From Eledone cirrhosa (taxonomy: Eukaryota): 64,000 nucleotides of DNA. The notes under the pieces were generated by a model. It searched no databases. It saw only the letters and a list, made by a program, of their open reading frames with translations, and was not told the DNA's origin. How positions within the stretch are numbered: the first letter of the stretch is position 1; each line of letters starts with the position of its first letter. The DNA is taken from positions 126,728,001 through 126,792,000 of the forward strand of contig OZ024743.1 in NCBI GenBank assembly GCA_964016885.1, given 5' to 3'. The translations under genes were made by a program, and so were the position numbers. Shown in pieces: positions 52,646 through 63,982 of this stretch.

Positions 52646-53337
52646 TTTTTAATTTAATTTTTTTTTATGTAGACACTATTCATACAGATTTTACTTATTT
52701 TATTTTCATAACTATTTTTACTGCATGTGACACGTCTAATGTTTTAGACTACCTATATCTGCCTAAATATCAAGTATAAGTAGTTAAGAAAACTATATTG
52801 ATAACAGAATAATTCGGCACTCTCAGTTGGGCAGCATATCTCTGCTACATCTCGAAGACTTGAGGTAAAACGGTGTACTTTACATTCCAATATAAAATCA
52901 CGCCACTGATGCTTTTCATATTTATTGGAGAACCCATACACAAGAAGGATGATATAAAAACGGATTTATCGAGAGATTTCTCGGCTTGCTCCCTGTTTAG
53001 TCAACAGAGTCAGAGGGGAAAAAATCATGGTACTTCTACCCGTAATTCAATGTAGAGTGAAAGGACACCACGAATGTGACGTTTTTTCTCTGGGAGATGC
53101 AGGGTTTCAGTATCCTTAAATAATACAACACATTGCATAAGGATTCTTTTTATTTCACTAAGTGGTTATTTCTACTATAAACACACACACACTTACACAT
53201 ATATACAAACTGCTTTGAAGTATAAGGAAACCCAAATGGTAAAAAGACAAATTTAATTAAGAATGAGAAGAAAAATTAAATAAAGTAATTAAATGCCCCC
53301 CCCCCCCATCCCCACTCCATAAAACAGATTTAAACTT

Positions 53338-53395
53338 GCCTCGGCGGGGCGTTGAAACCGGAGGCAACCATGCTAACAGTTGCACCACCGACACC
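53338..53395 (-). pseudogene. tRNA-Gly remnant with internal deletion
   Basis: GGCAACCATGCTAACAGTTGCACCACCGACAC is the reverse complement of the 5' half. Confidence 0.65.
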
Positions 53396-53527
53396 TTTGT
53401 GTTGACCAAAGAACTTTCCTCTCCTTCTCCCGTATGATACATAGAGATTGTAGAGTATTGTACACGAGCATTAATATATGTTTATTCAATATATATGTAT
53501 TAATGTCTATATATGTATGTTTCTGTG

Positions 53528-53565
<38 letters not shown>

Positions 53566-53699
53566 TAATTGCAGAAATAATCTTTCCGTGCGTAAACTCA
53601 AGCGTACTGCATGTATAGACACATACACGATCTTCAGCTTATAAGGCAAAGAAACTTGGGTCTGTCACTGAATTCACCAAGTTTCTTCTAAAGAATGTG

Positions 53700-54440
53700 T
53701 TACAGCACCTCACATCCCATTTCCTTCTCTTAGGTCTAACCCCACCGGTTCGAGCTGCAATGAAAGGCCAGGATCATTCAAGCCACGATTAACGAACTGA
53801 GGCGGCGTGACAGCCTATGAAGACCGAAAGCGTTTACCATGGATCTGCAACAGCATTTGTGTTGCTCGCAGATCCGGAGACTGAACCTCAGGGAAACACA
53901 GATATGGAGACAGTCGCTCTCCAGCTAGGTACCAGTTGACAGCGAAGATGCAGCGTTCAGCCAGGCATCTGCTATGTAGTTGAGAGGCTAGTCAGAAACA
54001 TGCTAGACCAGGCATGTCAAACTGTGGGTTCCCTGAGGACCACATCGGTCGCATATGTGTTGCCTGAGGGCAACACACGATAACTATTGCGCACATTACA
54101 ACTATTTTTTAATATTTTATATTACGAAGATAAAACATACTTGTGAAAACTTCGTGCGGGCCGCAGGTGTACTTGTAAAGGGCCACATGTTTGACATGCC
54201 TGTGCTAGACTGCTAGACGATGCTGGTAGAGCAGGTGCGTAAGGCCGGCCAAAGCTTTGTCGTACTGGTTTACGTTCCATTTACATGCCGTCAATGCCAA
54301 TGAAACTTGAGACCGATGATCAAAACCACTGTATCTGACAGGTAAGGTGGTTTGTTGCCATCCGGTATTATCGAACTGAACGTTGCATATCTCCCCTGCC
54401 CAAAAGTTATGAATTATAGAAATTTCGTGTAGATGAAGGG
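53700..54440 (-). mobile_element. Second, older CRE relic (thumb to endonuclease), split by a MITE
   Basis: WQQTTLPVRYSG motif; DNA similarity to 50130-50300 and 50740-50800. Confidence 0.75.
54009..54202. mobile_element. Non-autonomous hAT (Charlie/Buster-type) MITE
   Basis: 14-bp TIR CAGGCATGTCAAAC/GTTTGACATGCCTG; 8-bp TSD TGCTAGAC (54001-54008, 54203-54210). Confidence 0.92.
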
Positions 54441-54520
54441 AATTTTTCGATTGAACTATCAACGATGTGAGTTTGTGATGACATATATAGAGACGTGTAA
54501 ACATGAAAGGGTGCGTGTAT

Positions 54521-54524
54521 GAGA

Positions 54525-54592
<68 letters not shown>

Positions 54593-54700
54593 CAGGAGGG
54601 AGAGAGAGCAAACAAGCGAGCGCGCGCGAGAGAGAGAGAGTGCGAGAAAGAAAGAGAGATGAGAGGAGGGACGATAGAGAGAGAAAGAGGAAGGGAGTGT
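54521..54700 (+). repeat. (GA)n microsatellite and purine-rich tract
   Basis: Direct reading. Confidence 0.95.
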
Positions 54701-54756
54701 GAGTGAAAGATAATCTAAAGATGCGAGCTATCAAATTAGAAAAAGTAAGCAGCAAG

Positions 54757-54814
54757 GGTGGTGCCCCAGCATGGCCTCAGCCGGATGGCTGGAACAGGTA
54801 AAAGAGTAAAAGAG
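54757..54814 (+). mobile_element. 3' tail fragment of an octopus-type SINE
   Basis: GGTGCCCCAGCATGGCC...GGAACAGGTAAAAGAGTAAAAGAG short-repeat tail. Confidence 0.5.
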
Positions 54815-55864
54815 TGCAGTTCGACAGATGGTTCCACCTCGCTGGCCAGGAAAAATAGCAGTCTGCTAACTGATTAGGTGAGCGCGAGATTATGTTGTGT
54901 TTGGTCATTTCACGGGATTTTTGTGTGCGATCTTTAGTTATTTATACAAGATGACCAAAAATGGCCGTCATTTTGGTGAAAATAACATGATAGCTGTATA
55001 CTCTTTCGCTACTATAGTTTCCGGCTTAGATTGTTGAGAAAAAAGAAAGCAAAAAATAACAAAAGTTAGTGAAAGAAAAGTCATAATGATGTTAGTATGT
55101 GTGGTTACTTGGATTTAAGACCTGGGCTGATTGAGAGCTCGGCGGAGTGTTAAATGATGCGACGAAATTTCTATGATCGACCAAGTGTTCAAGTGAGCTT
55201 CAACTAGTGCAAGTAATTACGTACTTCTGTGAGTGAAAGTAGCTGGGAGCAGTGCAGTGTAATGCAGCTGCATTTTCAGTGCAAGCTTGCATGTCCAAGT
55301 AAATCTGAACAGTTGTGGGATTAATTCGTCTAATATGTACTTAACAGAGGTTAGTTGAAGGACGAGAGGAAAAAGTATCTACAAAATAATCTCAAATAAG
55401 ACATCCATATACAGCATGGACGTGTATTTTTGTGAAGTTGCGTGATACATGTGAACTGTATGCAAATGAGTGTAAACATACTAAATCCAATGAACAAAGA
55501 CAGGAAAGAAAAACAATATGAATTGTCTAAGCGCCGAAAATTGGCAAATAGAAAAGGAAAAGAGAAGCAAAAAATAAATTATATATAATAAAAATAAATA
55601 ATATATAATCGTCCAGACAGTTAAGAGTTGAGCGAGGGCAATCTCATGCTGTGTTCGGTCATTTGGTGTGATTTTTGTGCACCTAATTTAGTTATTGGGA
55701 CAAAATGATTAAAATGGTTGTTAACTTGGTGAAAATATATAAGACATTTTTGTTATTAGTCACAGTTGTATAAATAACATTACAAATATTCACAAAGTTG
55801 GCTTAAAAACCATTGATAATTACATAAATATGAAAAAGCAAAATTAAGAAATAGAGGAAGGGTT

Positions 55865-56250
55865 TGTAGTGACCCCTAGCGGTTAAATCCAGAAGTAATG
55901 AGAATTACGTCCCTTCGGGACTGTAGGGACCCCTAGTGTCAACAACAAGAAGTAAATGGGGACTATATATTGAGACAGCGAGACACCTCTTCCTCTCTTA
56001 CACGGCCAGCCGTCCGGGAATCAAGATGCAACTCTGCCTTCTCCGACTTTTAGTTCACCTACTCCAGTGAACATGTTAAGAGCAACTCTCTCACTAACTA
56101 TGGTGGCAGCCTACAACAGCCCCATGAACAAATAACGAATAACATCGTCAACCTTCGCAACTCGTGGTAATATGTTTATTGTCCTTTTTTGACTCAAGTG
56201 AAGTAAACCTTTGTATATAAACCAAAAAGCCATTCTTGTTCTTTCAACAA
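55865..56250 (+). mobile_element. Possible solo LTR
   Basis: TGTAG start, duplicated GACCCCTAG motif, TATATA box, AGTAAA signal, ..AACA end; no TSD found. Confidence 0.3.
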
Positions 56251-56299
56251 CAACTGTTAAAATAATAACTGTACTAATACCATTCTTCTAAAGGTTAAA

Positions 56300-56630
56300 G
56301 ATCTGGCTGTATGGGAAAGTAGAGGAAAGGATTATAAAATCCGTAAATGAGAGGAAAAGGAGAGGAAAGCAAGAATTCTAAGGCCACGGTTGAAAGGGAG
56401 GAGGAAATGGAGAGGGTGATGGGATCTGGGCTGAGGGCGCGGCGGTGTTGGGACTGCGGACAAAACTGCAAAAGCATTTCCGCGGGCACCCGCTGCACCA
56501 GCCATCCCACCTCGTGGAGCTCTTTCTTCTGGCAGGCTGCTGACGTTCTGATCTTGCAGAGGAGCTCGGCACTACGAGCTCCGAGTACGCCTGAGATCTC
56601 GACGGCGAATGGTGCGAAGAGGAAGCAAAC
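56300..56630 (-). mobile_element. Third CRE relic: endonuclease C-terminus plus 3' UTR-like sequence
   Basis: FAPFAVEISGVLGARSAELL..GWLVQRV matches the end of the 49.8-kb element. Confidence 0.72.
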
Positions 56631-56726
56631 CGGACAATCCCCGTTATTTGTTTGTCCCCGTTTCCGCTGCATTGCGGGCCACACTACCGGGGTTTATGGT
56701 CATCAAAATATCTATATACGATTGCG

Positions 56727-56728
<2 letters not shown>

Positions 56729-56789
<61 letters not shown>
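56729..56789 (+). repeat. (CA)n microsatellite
   Basis: Direct reading. Confidence 0.95.
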
Positions 56790-56795
<6 letters not shown>

Positions 56796-57149
56796 CTTCA
56801 AGAAACGGAGATAACACCGACAATATCAGTAGACTTATTTTTTTATATTTTGAACACCCTGTTTAATCTATTATTTTATAAATAGTTACAGTAATGCTCT
56901 AAAATTTCTAGTTTTAAAGTTTCTAATTTCATCAGCAATAGGTTAATGCCTTTGTGCAGATACGTTCTTTAAGAAAGCATTTGTTTATCCTATCATAATG
57001 AATCCACAGATTTACATGCCTGTTGTGAAATGGGGAGTAATACCGTAATTGTACATCAATATACACTGTTGACAGGTGCAATGTGTCCGAACACGGAAGA
57101 ACCGAACTGCCACCGTCATCGCCCCCATCTCTCTGTATAGTGGGCAAAT

Positions 57150-57262
57150 GGGGTCCCACGTGCTGGCCGCCCCACATCCCCGGCGGGGGGGGGGGGACAG
57201 AATGGAGAAGGCGTTGCGCCGAAGGATGGTAAGGGAGATGCGCTGGAAGAGCCATTCCATAG
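57150..57262 (-). mobile_element. Fourth CRE relic: extreme C-terminus
   Basis: EWLFQRISLTILRRNAFSIL. Confidence 0.65.
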
Positions 57263-57272
57263 TTCTTTGAGC

Positions 57273-57430
57273 AAGGCAGCGAATTGGTAGATCGTTATAA
57301 CGTCAAATAGAATGCTTTATGGTATTCGTTTTGGTTCTCTGCTCTCTGAGTTCAAATCCCGCCGAGGTCAACTTTGCCTTTCATCCATTCGAGGTCGATA
57401 AAAAAAAAGTAATAGTCTAGTACTGGGGTG
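57273..57430 (+). mobile_element. Older SINE of the same superfamily
   Basis: GAGTTCAAATCCCGCCGAGGTCAACTTTGCCTTTCATCC..GTCGATAAAA. Confidence 0.8.
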
Positions 57431-57913
57431 GATTATTCCTCTGTATCTCTTTCTCATTTCCACTCTCTCACTTTCTATCTTTCTCTGGAAGAAATCTGCT
57501 GTACTCAGGCCTGGAGAGGGATGGGCTCCAATGCCCAAGAAATGCTGTATGTCAATACGGCGCCCCTACGACTCTATCAGGAGTTACGGGACCATACCAC
57601 AGTTCTTTGAGCACTTTAACGTGCATTCGTTTGGCTACGTAATTAATCAATATTTGAAGATTTTATAGTAAATTAAATGTAGATATAACTACAAATTTTG
57701 AATTACAAACTTCTCTGAGGAGAGAATGAAATACATAGAAAAGCATAAGACATTATCGTTATGCCTAGGGTTTAGATATTATTTTCTTCTCCATGCGGAG
57801 TAATATTACTTTAGCAGTATTATATATGGCATACAGCATACAGAAAATACCTGATACGGGCAGTTCAATTTGCATGAGGAGTATACTCTTGGAGGCGTAA
57901 TGAAATAAATAAT

Positions 57914-58094
57914 TGTTTCTACTTTAGGCACAAAGCCAGCAATTACCCAGTGCATTACTGGTACTTTATTTTATCGACCCCGTAAGGATGAAAGGCAAAG
58001 TCAACCTCGGCGGGATTTGAACTCAGATCGTAAAGGGACGTAACTATGCTGGAAAGCATGGCATCCGACCCTCTACCGATACTGCCAATCCACC
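57914..58094 (-). mobile_element. Young SINE
   Basis: TSD AATAAATAAT (57904-57913, 58095-58104); 3 substitutions from the 9611 copy. Confidence 0.93.
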
Positions 58095-58336
58095 AATAAA
58101 TAATGATTTCTATTTTAGGCACAAGGTCAGGTTTTAGTGAAAGTGGAGTGAGCGATGAATATAGTGGGAGGCGAATATAGTGATGGCAAAAATAGCTTCT
58201 TAAGGTGTGAGTGTGGAGAGGGTGGGGTTAATGGGTCACGTTATATCTTTAATATTGGTAGACGAGTCTTCACCAGTAAACGTCATCAGTCCTCGCAGTC
58301 CTTCGTCGTCTCTGCCACTCATAGGCATCTGTATGA

Positions 58337-58394
58337 GTGTGTGTGTAAGTACATGTGTGTGTGTGTGTGTGCGTGTGCGTGTGCGTGTGCGCGC

Positions 58395-58453
<59 letters not shown>
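58337..58453 (+). repeat. (TG)n/(CG)n alternating purine-pyrimidine tract (Z-DNA prone)
   Basis: Direct reading. Confidence 0.9.
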
Positions 58454-58454
<1 letters not shown>

Positions 58455-58749
58455 CAGAATAGTAGATTCAATACAAAAGCACAACTTGTGACAACAGCTA
58501 CCAGCCACCATATTTTATTCTGGTGTTCTCTGTACGTTCCACTGTTCCAACATATCTTCTTAAGATTGAATCATTTGCAAACAAAAACAAAATACTCAGC
58601 CCCACTGTACCAATTTAACTCCATTAAAGAACTATATATTCACACACACACATACACACTCAGGCACAGACACGCGCACGCACGCAACCACTCATGTACT
58701 TACACACACACTCATGCACATACACACACTCCATGGAAAAAACTGTCTA

Positions 58750-58750
58750 G

Positions 58751-58821
<71 letters not shown>

Positions 58822-58877
58822 ATATATATATATATATACACATACATATATATAGTTAATAAATGAAACAAAATAAA

Positions 58878-58928
<51 letters not shown>

Positions 58929-58930
58929 TG
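58750..58930 (+). repeat. (TA)n microsatellites
   Basis: Direct reading; others at 61089-61139, 61454-61477, 61964-62045. Confidence 0.95.
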
Positions 58931-59116
58931 TGTTTGTATGTATGTATTCTCCACTTCTTCCAAGCGTGAGCCTAATATTACTGTAATTTTGCTTCCTGTG
59001 TTTTGTATATATATGTGTGTGTGTTTATATATAAAAATACAAAGAAGAATAGTTATTTTAGAAAAAAAAAGCCTAATTAACATGTAAACCAAATATTATA
59101 TCTTATTCCGCCTCCA

Positions 59117-59304
59117 GGGCGGTCGATTGGCAGTATCGGTAGAGGGTCGGGCGCCATGCTTTGAAGCATAGAGTTACCTCCCTTTATGATCTGAGTTCAA
59201 ATTCCGCCGAGGTTAACTTTGCCTTTCATCCTTACGGGGTCGATAAAATAAAGTACCAGTAATGCACTGGGTTAATTGCTGGCCTGGTGCCAAAAGTAGA
59301 AACA
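59117..59304 (+). mobile_element. Full-length young SINE
   Basis: 22-bp TSD ATTATATCTTATTCCGCCTCCA (59095-59116, 59305-59326). Confidence 0.94.
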
Positions 59305-60039
59305 ATTATATCTTATTCCGCCTCCATGCCCTTACCACCCATTTTCCGCCCCCACAACTAAAATATTAGATCAGCATTCCTCCCCTCTACAGCATCATTC
59401 GCCCTCATCCTCCCGCTTTCGTGCCGACAACTCAAACATTAGATTAGCAACATCCCACGTCACCTCATTCATTCACAACACCCCCACTATTGTTCCCTAC
59501 TACTCAAATATTTTATATTGAAAATACAATGTACCAAACATGTCTTTGGAACTGTCGACATTTTCCTAATCTTCAAAAAAGAAGAGTGTCGTGTACAAAG
59601 GGAGGGAATGGTATAATCTCATCTGTACACAAACTGGTTTTATCCCTTAATTAACTATCAAACAGAATGAGTAAGTCAATAAAAAGCGGATTGATGATGG
59701 AACCTCCGTTGGTTTCCACGATGAACACCTAGATTCCTATCTTCACTGGCGGCTCGCCTAACAGAGGTAACTTGTTAAGCTCGTGGGGGCGCTTGGTTGT
59801 TCCAGCGCATCAGCCTCACCATCACCCGGGGTAACGCCGCGAGCGTGCTGGCATGTCTCAAAAATTATTAGAGAGGTTTTCCAGTGCTCCTCGTGATACT
59901 GTTATCTTTTACTTTGGTAGTGACTCGGTTGTCCACCCCTTTACATTTGCCTTTTGTTGTATGTGGTCCTAGGTATGTGTGCTAACCGCAAAAAAACAAA
60001 ACAAAAACAAAAAAAAAACAACAAAAAAATAAACACCCA

Positions 60040-60215
60040 GTTGTTCGATCAAGTGTACGTCCGACTATTTGTATTAACAAATCCGACTATTTGTATTAAC
60101 AAATACGTAGCTGAGTATTCCTTAAACATATGTACCCCGACCGTAATTCCTCAATAAGAATCAGCGTGCCACTGTGTGTGACAAGGCTGGCTCTTTCAAC
60201 TGAATTACATATGCA
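60040..60215 (-). mobile_element. Old SINE-like repeat fragment with an internal 23-bp tandem duplication
   Basis: TCCGACTATTTGTATTAACAAA(T) twice; rest resembles octopus interspersed repeats (from memory). Confidence 0.4.
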
Positions 60216-60874
60216 GCAAGCTACTTTCCTTTGGCGCATTGATACCCTTTCCGTAAGTTGTTTGGCTGAGTTGAGCCAATCGCTATCAGTGTAGGGATAT
60301 GTATCTCAACTTCGCTCAAATGGAGAAATTCCCGCTTCTTTTAATAAACTAATTCTCTTTGCGCGTGAACTGCGGTAAGATAAACACCTATTCTTCTTTC
60401 GCTCCGCAAACATCACTCCAAAATGTAACTACAAAACATTACCGCGGCCTGGCTTCTCACTTCAGCCACTGGACCGTGTCTTCTCTTACAGATCTTAATT
60501 TGTTTGTTCATTTCTTTTGGCATGCAAACCAAGCTTAATACAGCTCTTCTCACCTTAAACATTGTTAATAAATTCTGTTACAACGAACTACATGTTGCCG
60601 TCAACATTATTTTATCTTACTTCTAAACTGGTTATATATTACAAGCTGCTATACTGATAACATAATACATCATCATCTTATGTTATAAACTGCTTCACTG
60701 GTGACTTCTGTTGATACACAATACACAATACACAAATACAAATATTATCATTCTCATTTATATCTTATTAAATGTTATCTTCACATATGTAGTGTATCTT
60801 CTATTAAAACGTAAGTGGTTGAATATTCCACAGTTTGTAATCCAATGAGTAACAAGGCTGGACATTTGGATTGC

Positions 60875-61025
60875 AGGTACAGTTCATCCACTGGACTTTC
60901 ACACAGTTCTCGTTGGCTCAATTTCAGTCCCAAGCTTGGGTTGAAGAGAAGCTATAGTAAAAGATTGTTGCTCATTGTGCCAAGCTGTGGGGTTGAACAC
61001 GGGATCACTTGATTGCGTATACCGG
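60875..61025 (-). mobile_element. Old tRNA-derived SINE fragment
   Basis: Minus-strand B-box-like GTGTTCAACCCC followed by a CORE-like body. Confidence 0.45.
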
Positions 61026-61084
61026 CGTCCAGCCTGCCCTATATGCACATGAAGATCTCCATAAATATACTATTTGCAAAACTC

Positions 61085-61142
<58 letters not shown>

Positions 61143-61527
61143 ATAGTTGAGACAGTAAACAAAAAAAAACCCCAAAACAATGTGGAAGCGAAGAGGCAGT
61201 ACAAATGTTAATATTAGTTTCACGCTTGAGAGTGGGGATGGTATCAGCTTTTATGCTTTAGTACCGAGTGAGTAAAGGTCATTAATGATGAGAAAATATA
61301 TCCTAAAATAATGTAGTATATGGCGTTCTCACACGATTGCTGAGGCAGCTGTGACTTGATCATTGCTTAAAATATCCATAGTGAGACTTATGTATGTTTA
61401 TTATGCATTCATACAGACCTCTATTCTAAATCTCGCTGTGTTAGTGCTACTATTATATATATATATATATATATATAAGAGACGTAAAATAAGAAAATTA
61501 TAAAATTAACTTACTTACTAAAATATC

Positions 61528-61610
61528 ACTTCCAACTAATTAGTTTCTGGAATGGAGTAAATATATTTTCCGAAGAATAATATAGAGAAGCATTCCGTCG
61601 TCAGGAAAGT
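61528..61610 (-). ncRNA. Type I hammerhead ribozyme motif
   Basis: Minus strand ACTTTC-CTGACGA-CGGAATG...CATTCCA-GAAA-CTAATTAG-TT-GGAAGT: 6-bp stem I, exact CUGANGA and GAAA cores, stem II, palindromic stem III, GUU cleavage triplet. Confidence 0.8.
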
Positions 61611-61962
61611 CTATTCTCATGTAAGTTTCCAGGCAAAGCGAGGACACTGGAAACTTATTAAAAAATAATTCAGTGGATAGGAAATAGCGAAGCGTGGACT
61701 GAATTCCAAGCCATTGAGAAAATCACTGCCTCTACGTCTGTGGCAAATTCAAAAAGAATCGAACACGTGACATCGAGGTCAATCAGTGGAAAGTGGTTTG
61801 CTAATAAGACAGCGGCCTGCCTACAACCGTAGCAGCAGTCATGGCCAATATTGCTCGACAAATAATTTGGAGATAATAATAAAGAATTCATATCTAGTAA
61901 CATATATATACATACAGATGCATATCAATGCAAGCAAATATATAGGTTTTGTCTTAATAACA

Positions 61963-62045
<83 letters not shown>

Positions 62046-62149
62046 GAGAAAATTGAGGTTGGTAATGGCACATGGAATATATAAGAGACAGAATACTTTT
62101 TTGTGAAAAAACATAATTTTATAAGGTAAGGAAATAATAAAGGGTATAA

Positions 62150-62197
62150 AAAATGACCGGTTTCGATGGGTCTGCAAAAGCCATCTTTTCAAATGTT
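62150..62197 (-). ncRNA. Minimal hammerhead-like motif (non-canonical core)
   Basis: AACAT-TTGAAAA-GATGG...CCATC-GAAA-CCGG-TC-ATTTT. Confidence 0.5.
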
Positions 62198-62553
62198 GAT
62201 TAATATTAAGAAAAATTAATAATACGAAGAGTCAAAATTTGAGACTTGAAAATTCAAGTATAAAATTCATTGTGGGATTTCATAGCAGTTTTCATCTAGG
62301 TAGCAACAACAGGTTGACTGCTGTGTCCCTTTCTGGTAGTGAATGAGAAGTTATTTGGGGTGTGGGTTATTTTATAAAGGTCAGATTTAGCAATCACCAA
62401 CTGGCCAGCTGCTGGTCAGTGAGGGGGTGGAAGCAATATACATACACATATCTTCCTGTGATGGGTAGGAGAGTGGGGCGTGATAGAAAGGGATTTAGTG
62501 CACTTACACCTATATATACACACATACCTTCATCCACACATACATACATATAC

Positions 62554-62594
<41 letters not shown>

Positions 62595-62914
62595 CACACA
62601 TACATACACACACACATACATACACATACACACATACATAAAATATAAACACACATACGCACGGAATCACTACTATTAAAGACCAGAGACCAATTCTGTA
62701 GAATCAGGTTTATTCATTGACAGACCATGCCTTTGTGTGACCAACACATCCATGTTAAACCCTGCACGTGCACACACATATATCTATATATATATGCGCA
62801 CACAGAATTCACCACTGTCGGTTGCGGGGCCCAATCTACATGAAGAACTCAATGTGATCAGAATGACTTGTATTTTAATTTCACTGCCCCAACTTCTTAT
62901 ATTATGGAAAAAAT

Positions 62915-63234
62915 ATATGTGTCTGTATGTATATATATATATTTGAAGGCCATTTCTCTGTGTGTGGGTGTATGTATGTGTATATGTGTGTGTGTGTGTG
63001 TATGTGTGTGCATGTGGATGTATGTATTGTGTGTGCGTGTGTGTGTGTGTGTGTGTATGTATGTGGGTATCTGGATGTATGCGTATGTGTATATATATAT
63101 ATATGTGCGTGTGTGTGTGTGTGTGTGTATATATATGTGTGTGTATGTGTGTATATATATGTGTGTGTGTGTGTATGTTTGTATGTGTGTATGTATATAT
63201 ATATATGTGTGTGTGTGTGTATGTATGTGTGGGG

Positions 63235-63270
<36 letters not shown>

Positions 63271-63273
63271 GTG

Positions 63274-63304
<31 letters not shown>

Positions 63305-63343
63305 ATGTATGTGTGTATCTGGATGTATGTGTATGTATATATA

Positions 63344-63389
<46 letters not shown>

Positions 63390-63531
63390 TATATATACAT
63401 ACACATACATCCAGATACACACATACATACACACACACACATACATATATATATATGTGTGTGTGTATGTGTATATATGTGTGTGTGTGTATGTGTGTAT
63501 GTATATGTATGTGTGTGTGTATGTATGTGTG

Positions 63532-63578
<47 letters not shown>

Positions 63579-63600
63579 GTATATGTATGTATGTGTGGAT
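62915..63600. repeat. Compound (TG)/(TA)/(CA) microsatellite with an internal palindrome
   Basis: Direct reading. Confidence 0.92.
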
Positions 63601-63934
63601 GAAGGTATGTGTGTATATATAGGTGTAAGTGCACTAAATCCCTTTCTATCACGCTCCACTCTCCTACCCATCACAGGAAGATATGTGTATGTATATTGCT
63701 TCCACCCCCTCACTGACCAGCAGCTGGCCAGTTGGTGATTGCTAAATCTGACCTTTATAAAATAACCCACACCCCAAATAACTTCTCATTCACTACCAGA
63801 AAGGGACACAGCAGTCAACCTGTTGTTGCTACCTAGATGAAAACTGCTATGAAATCCCACAATGAATTTTATACTTGAATTTTCAAGTTTCAAATTTTAA
63901 CTCTTCGTATTATTAATTTTTCTTAATATTAATC

Positions 63935-63982
63935 AACATTTGAAAAGATGGCTTTTGCAGACCCATCGAAACCGGTCATTTT
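63935..63982 (+). ncRNA. Minimal hammerhead-like motif, inverted copy
   Basis: Same sequence as 62150-62197 on the other strand. Confidence 0.5.

Larger units (their letters stand above)
51656..53530. repeat. Older, diverged array monomers at the right edge
   Basis: Spacer motifs shared with both arrays, rearranged. Confidence 0.85.

Noticed and set aside
59335-59520. Three diverged ~70-bp repeats (..ACAACTCAAACATTAGA..)
   Set aside because: Degenerate minisatellite with no further signal
59690-59860. GC-richer patch as possible HDV-like ribozyme
   Set aside because: Could not build the nested double pseudoknot by eye
58155-63770. Long ORFs rich in YI/HT/CV repeats (up to 328 aa)
   Set aside because: Translations of dinucleotide microsatellites
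63830-63866. LDENCYEIPQ* as a GIY-YIG endonuclease C-terminus
   Set aside because: Too short; no upstream GIY-YIG motifs visible
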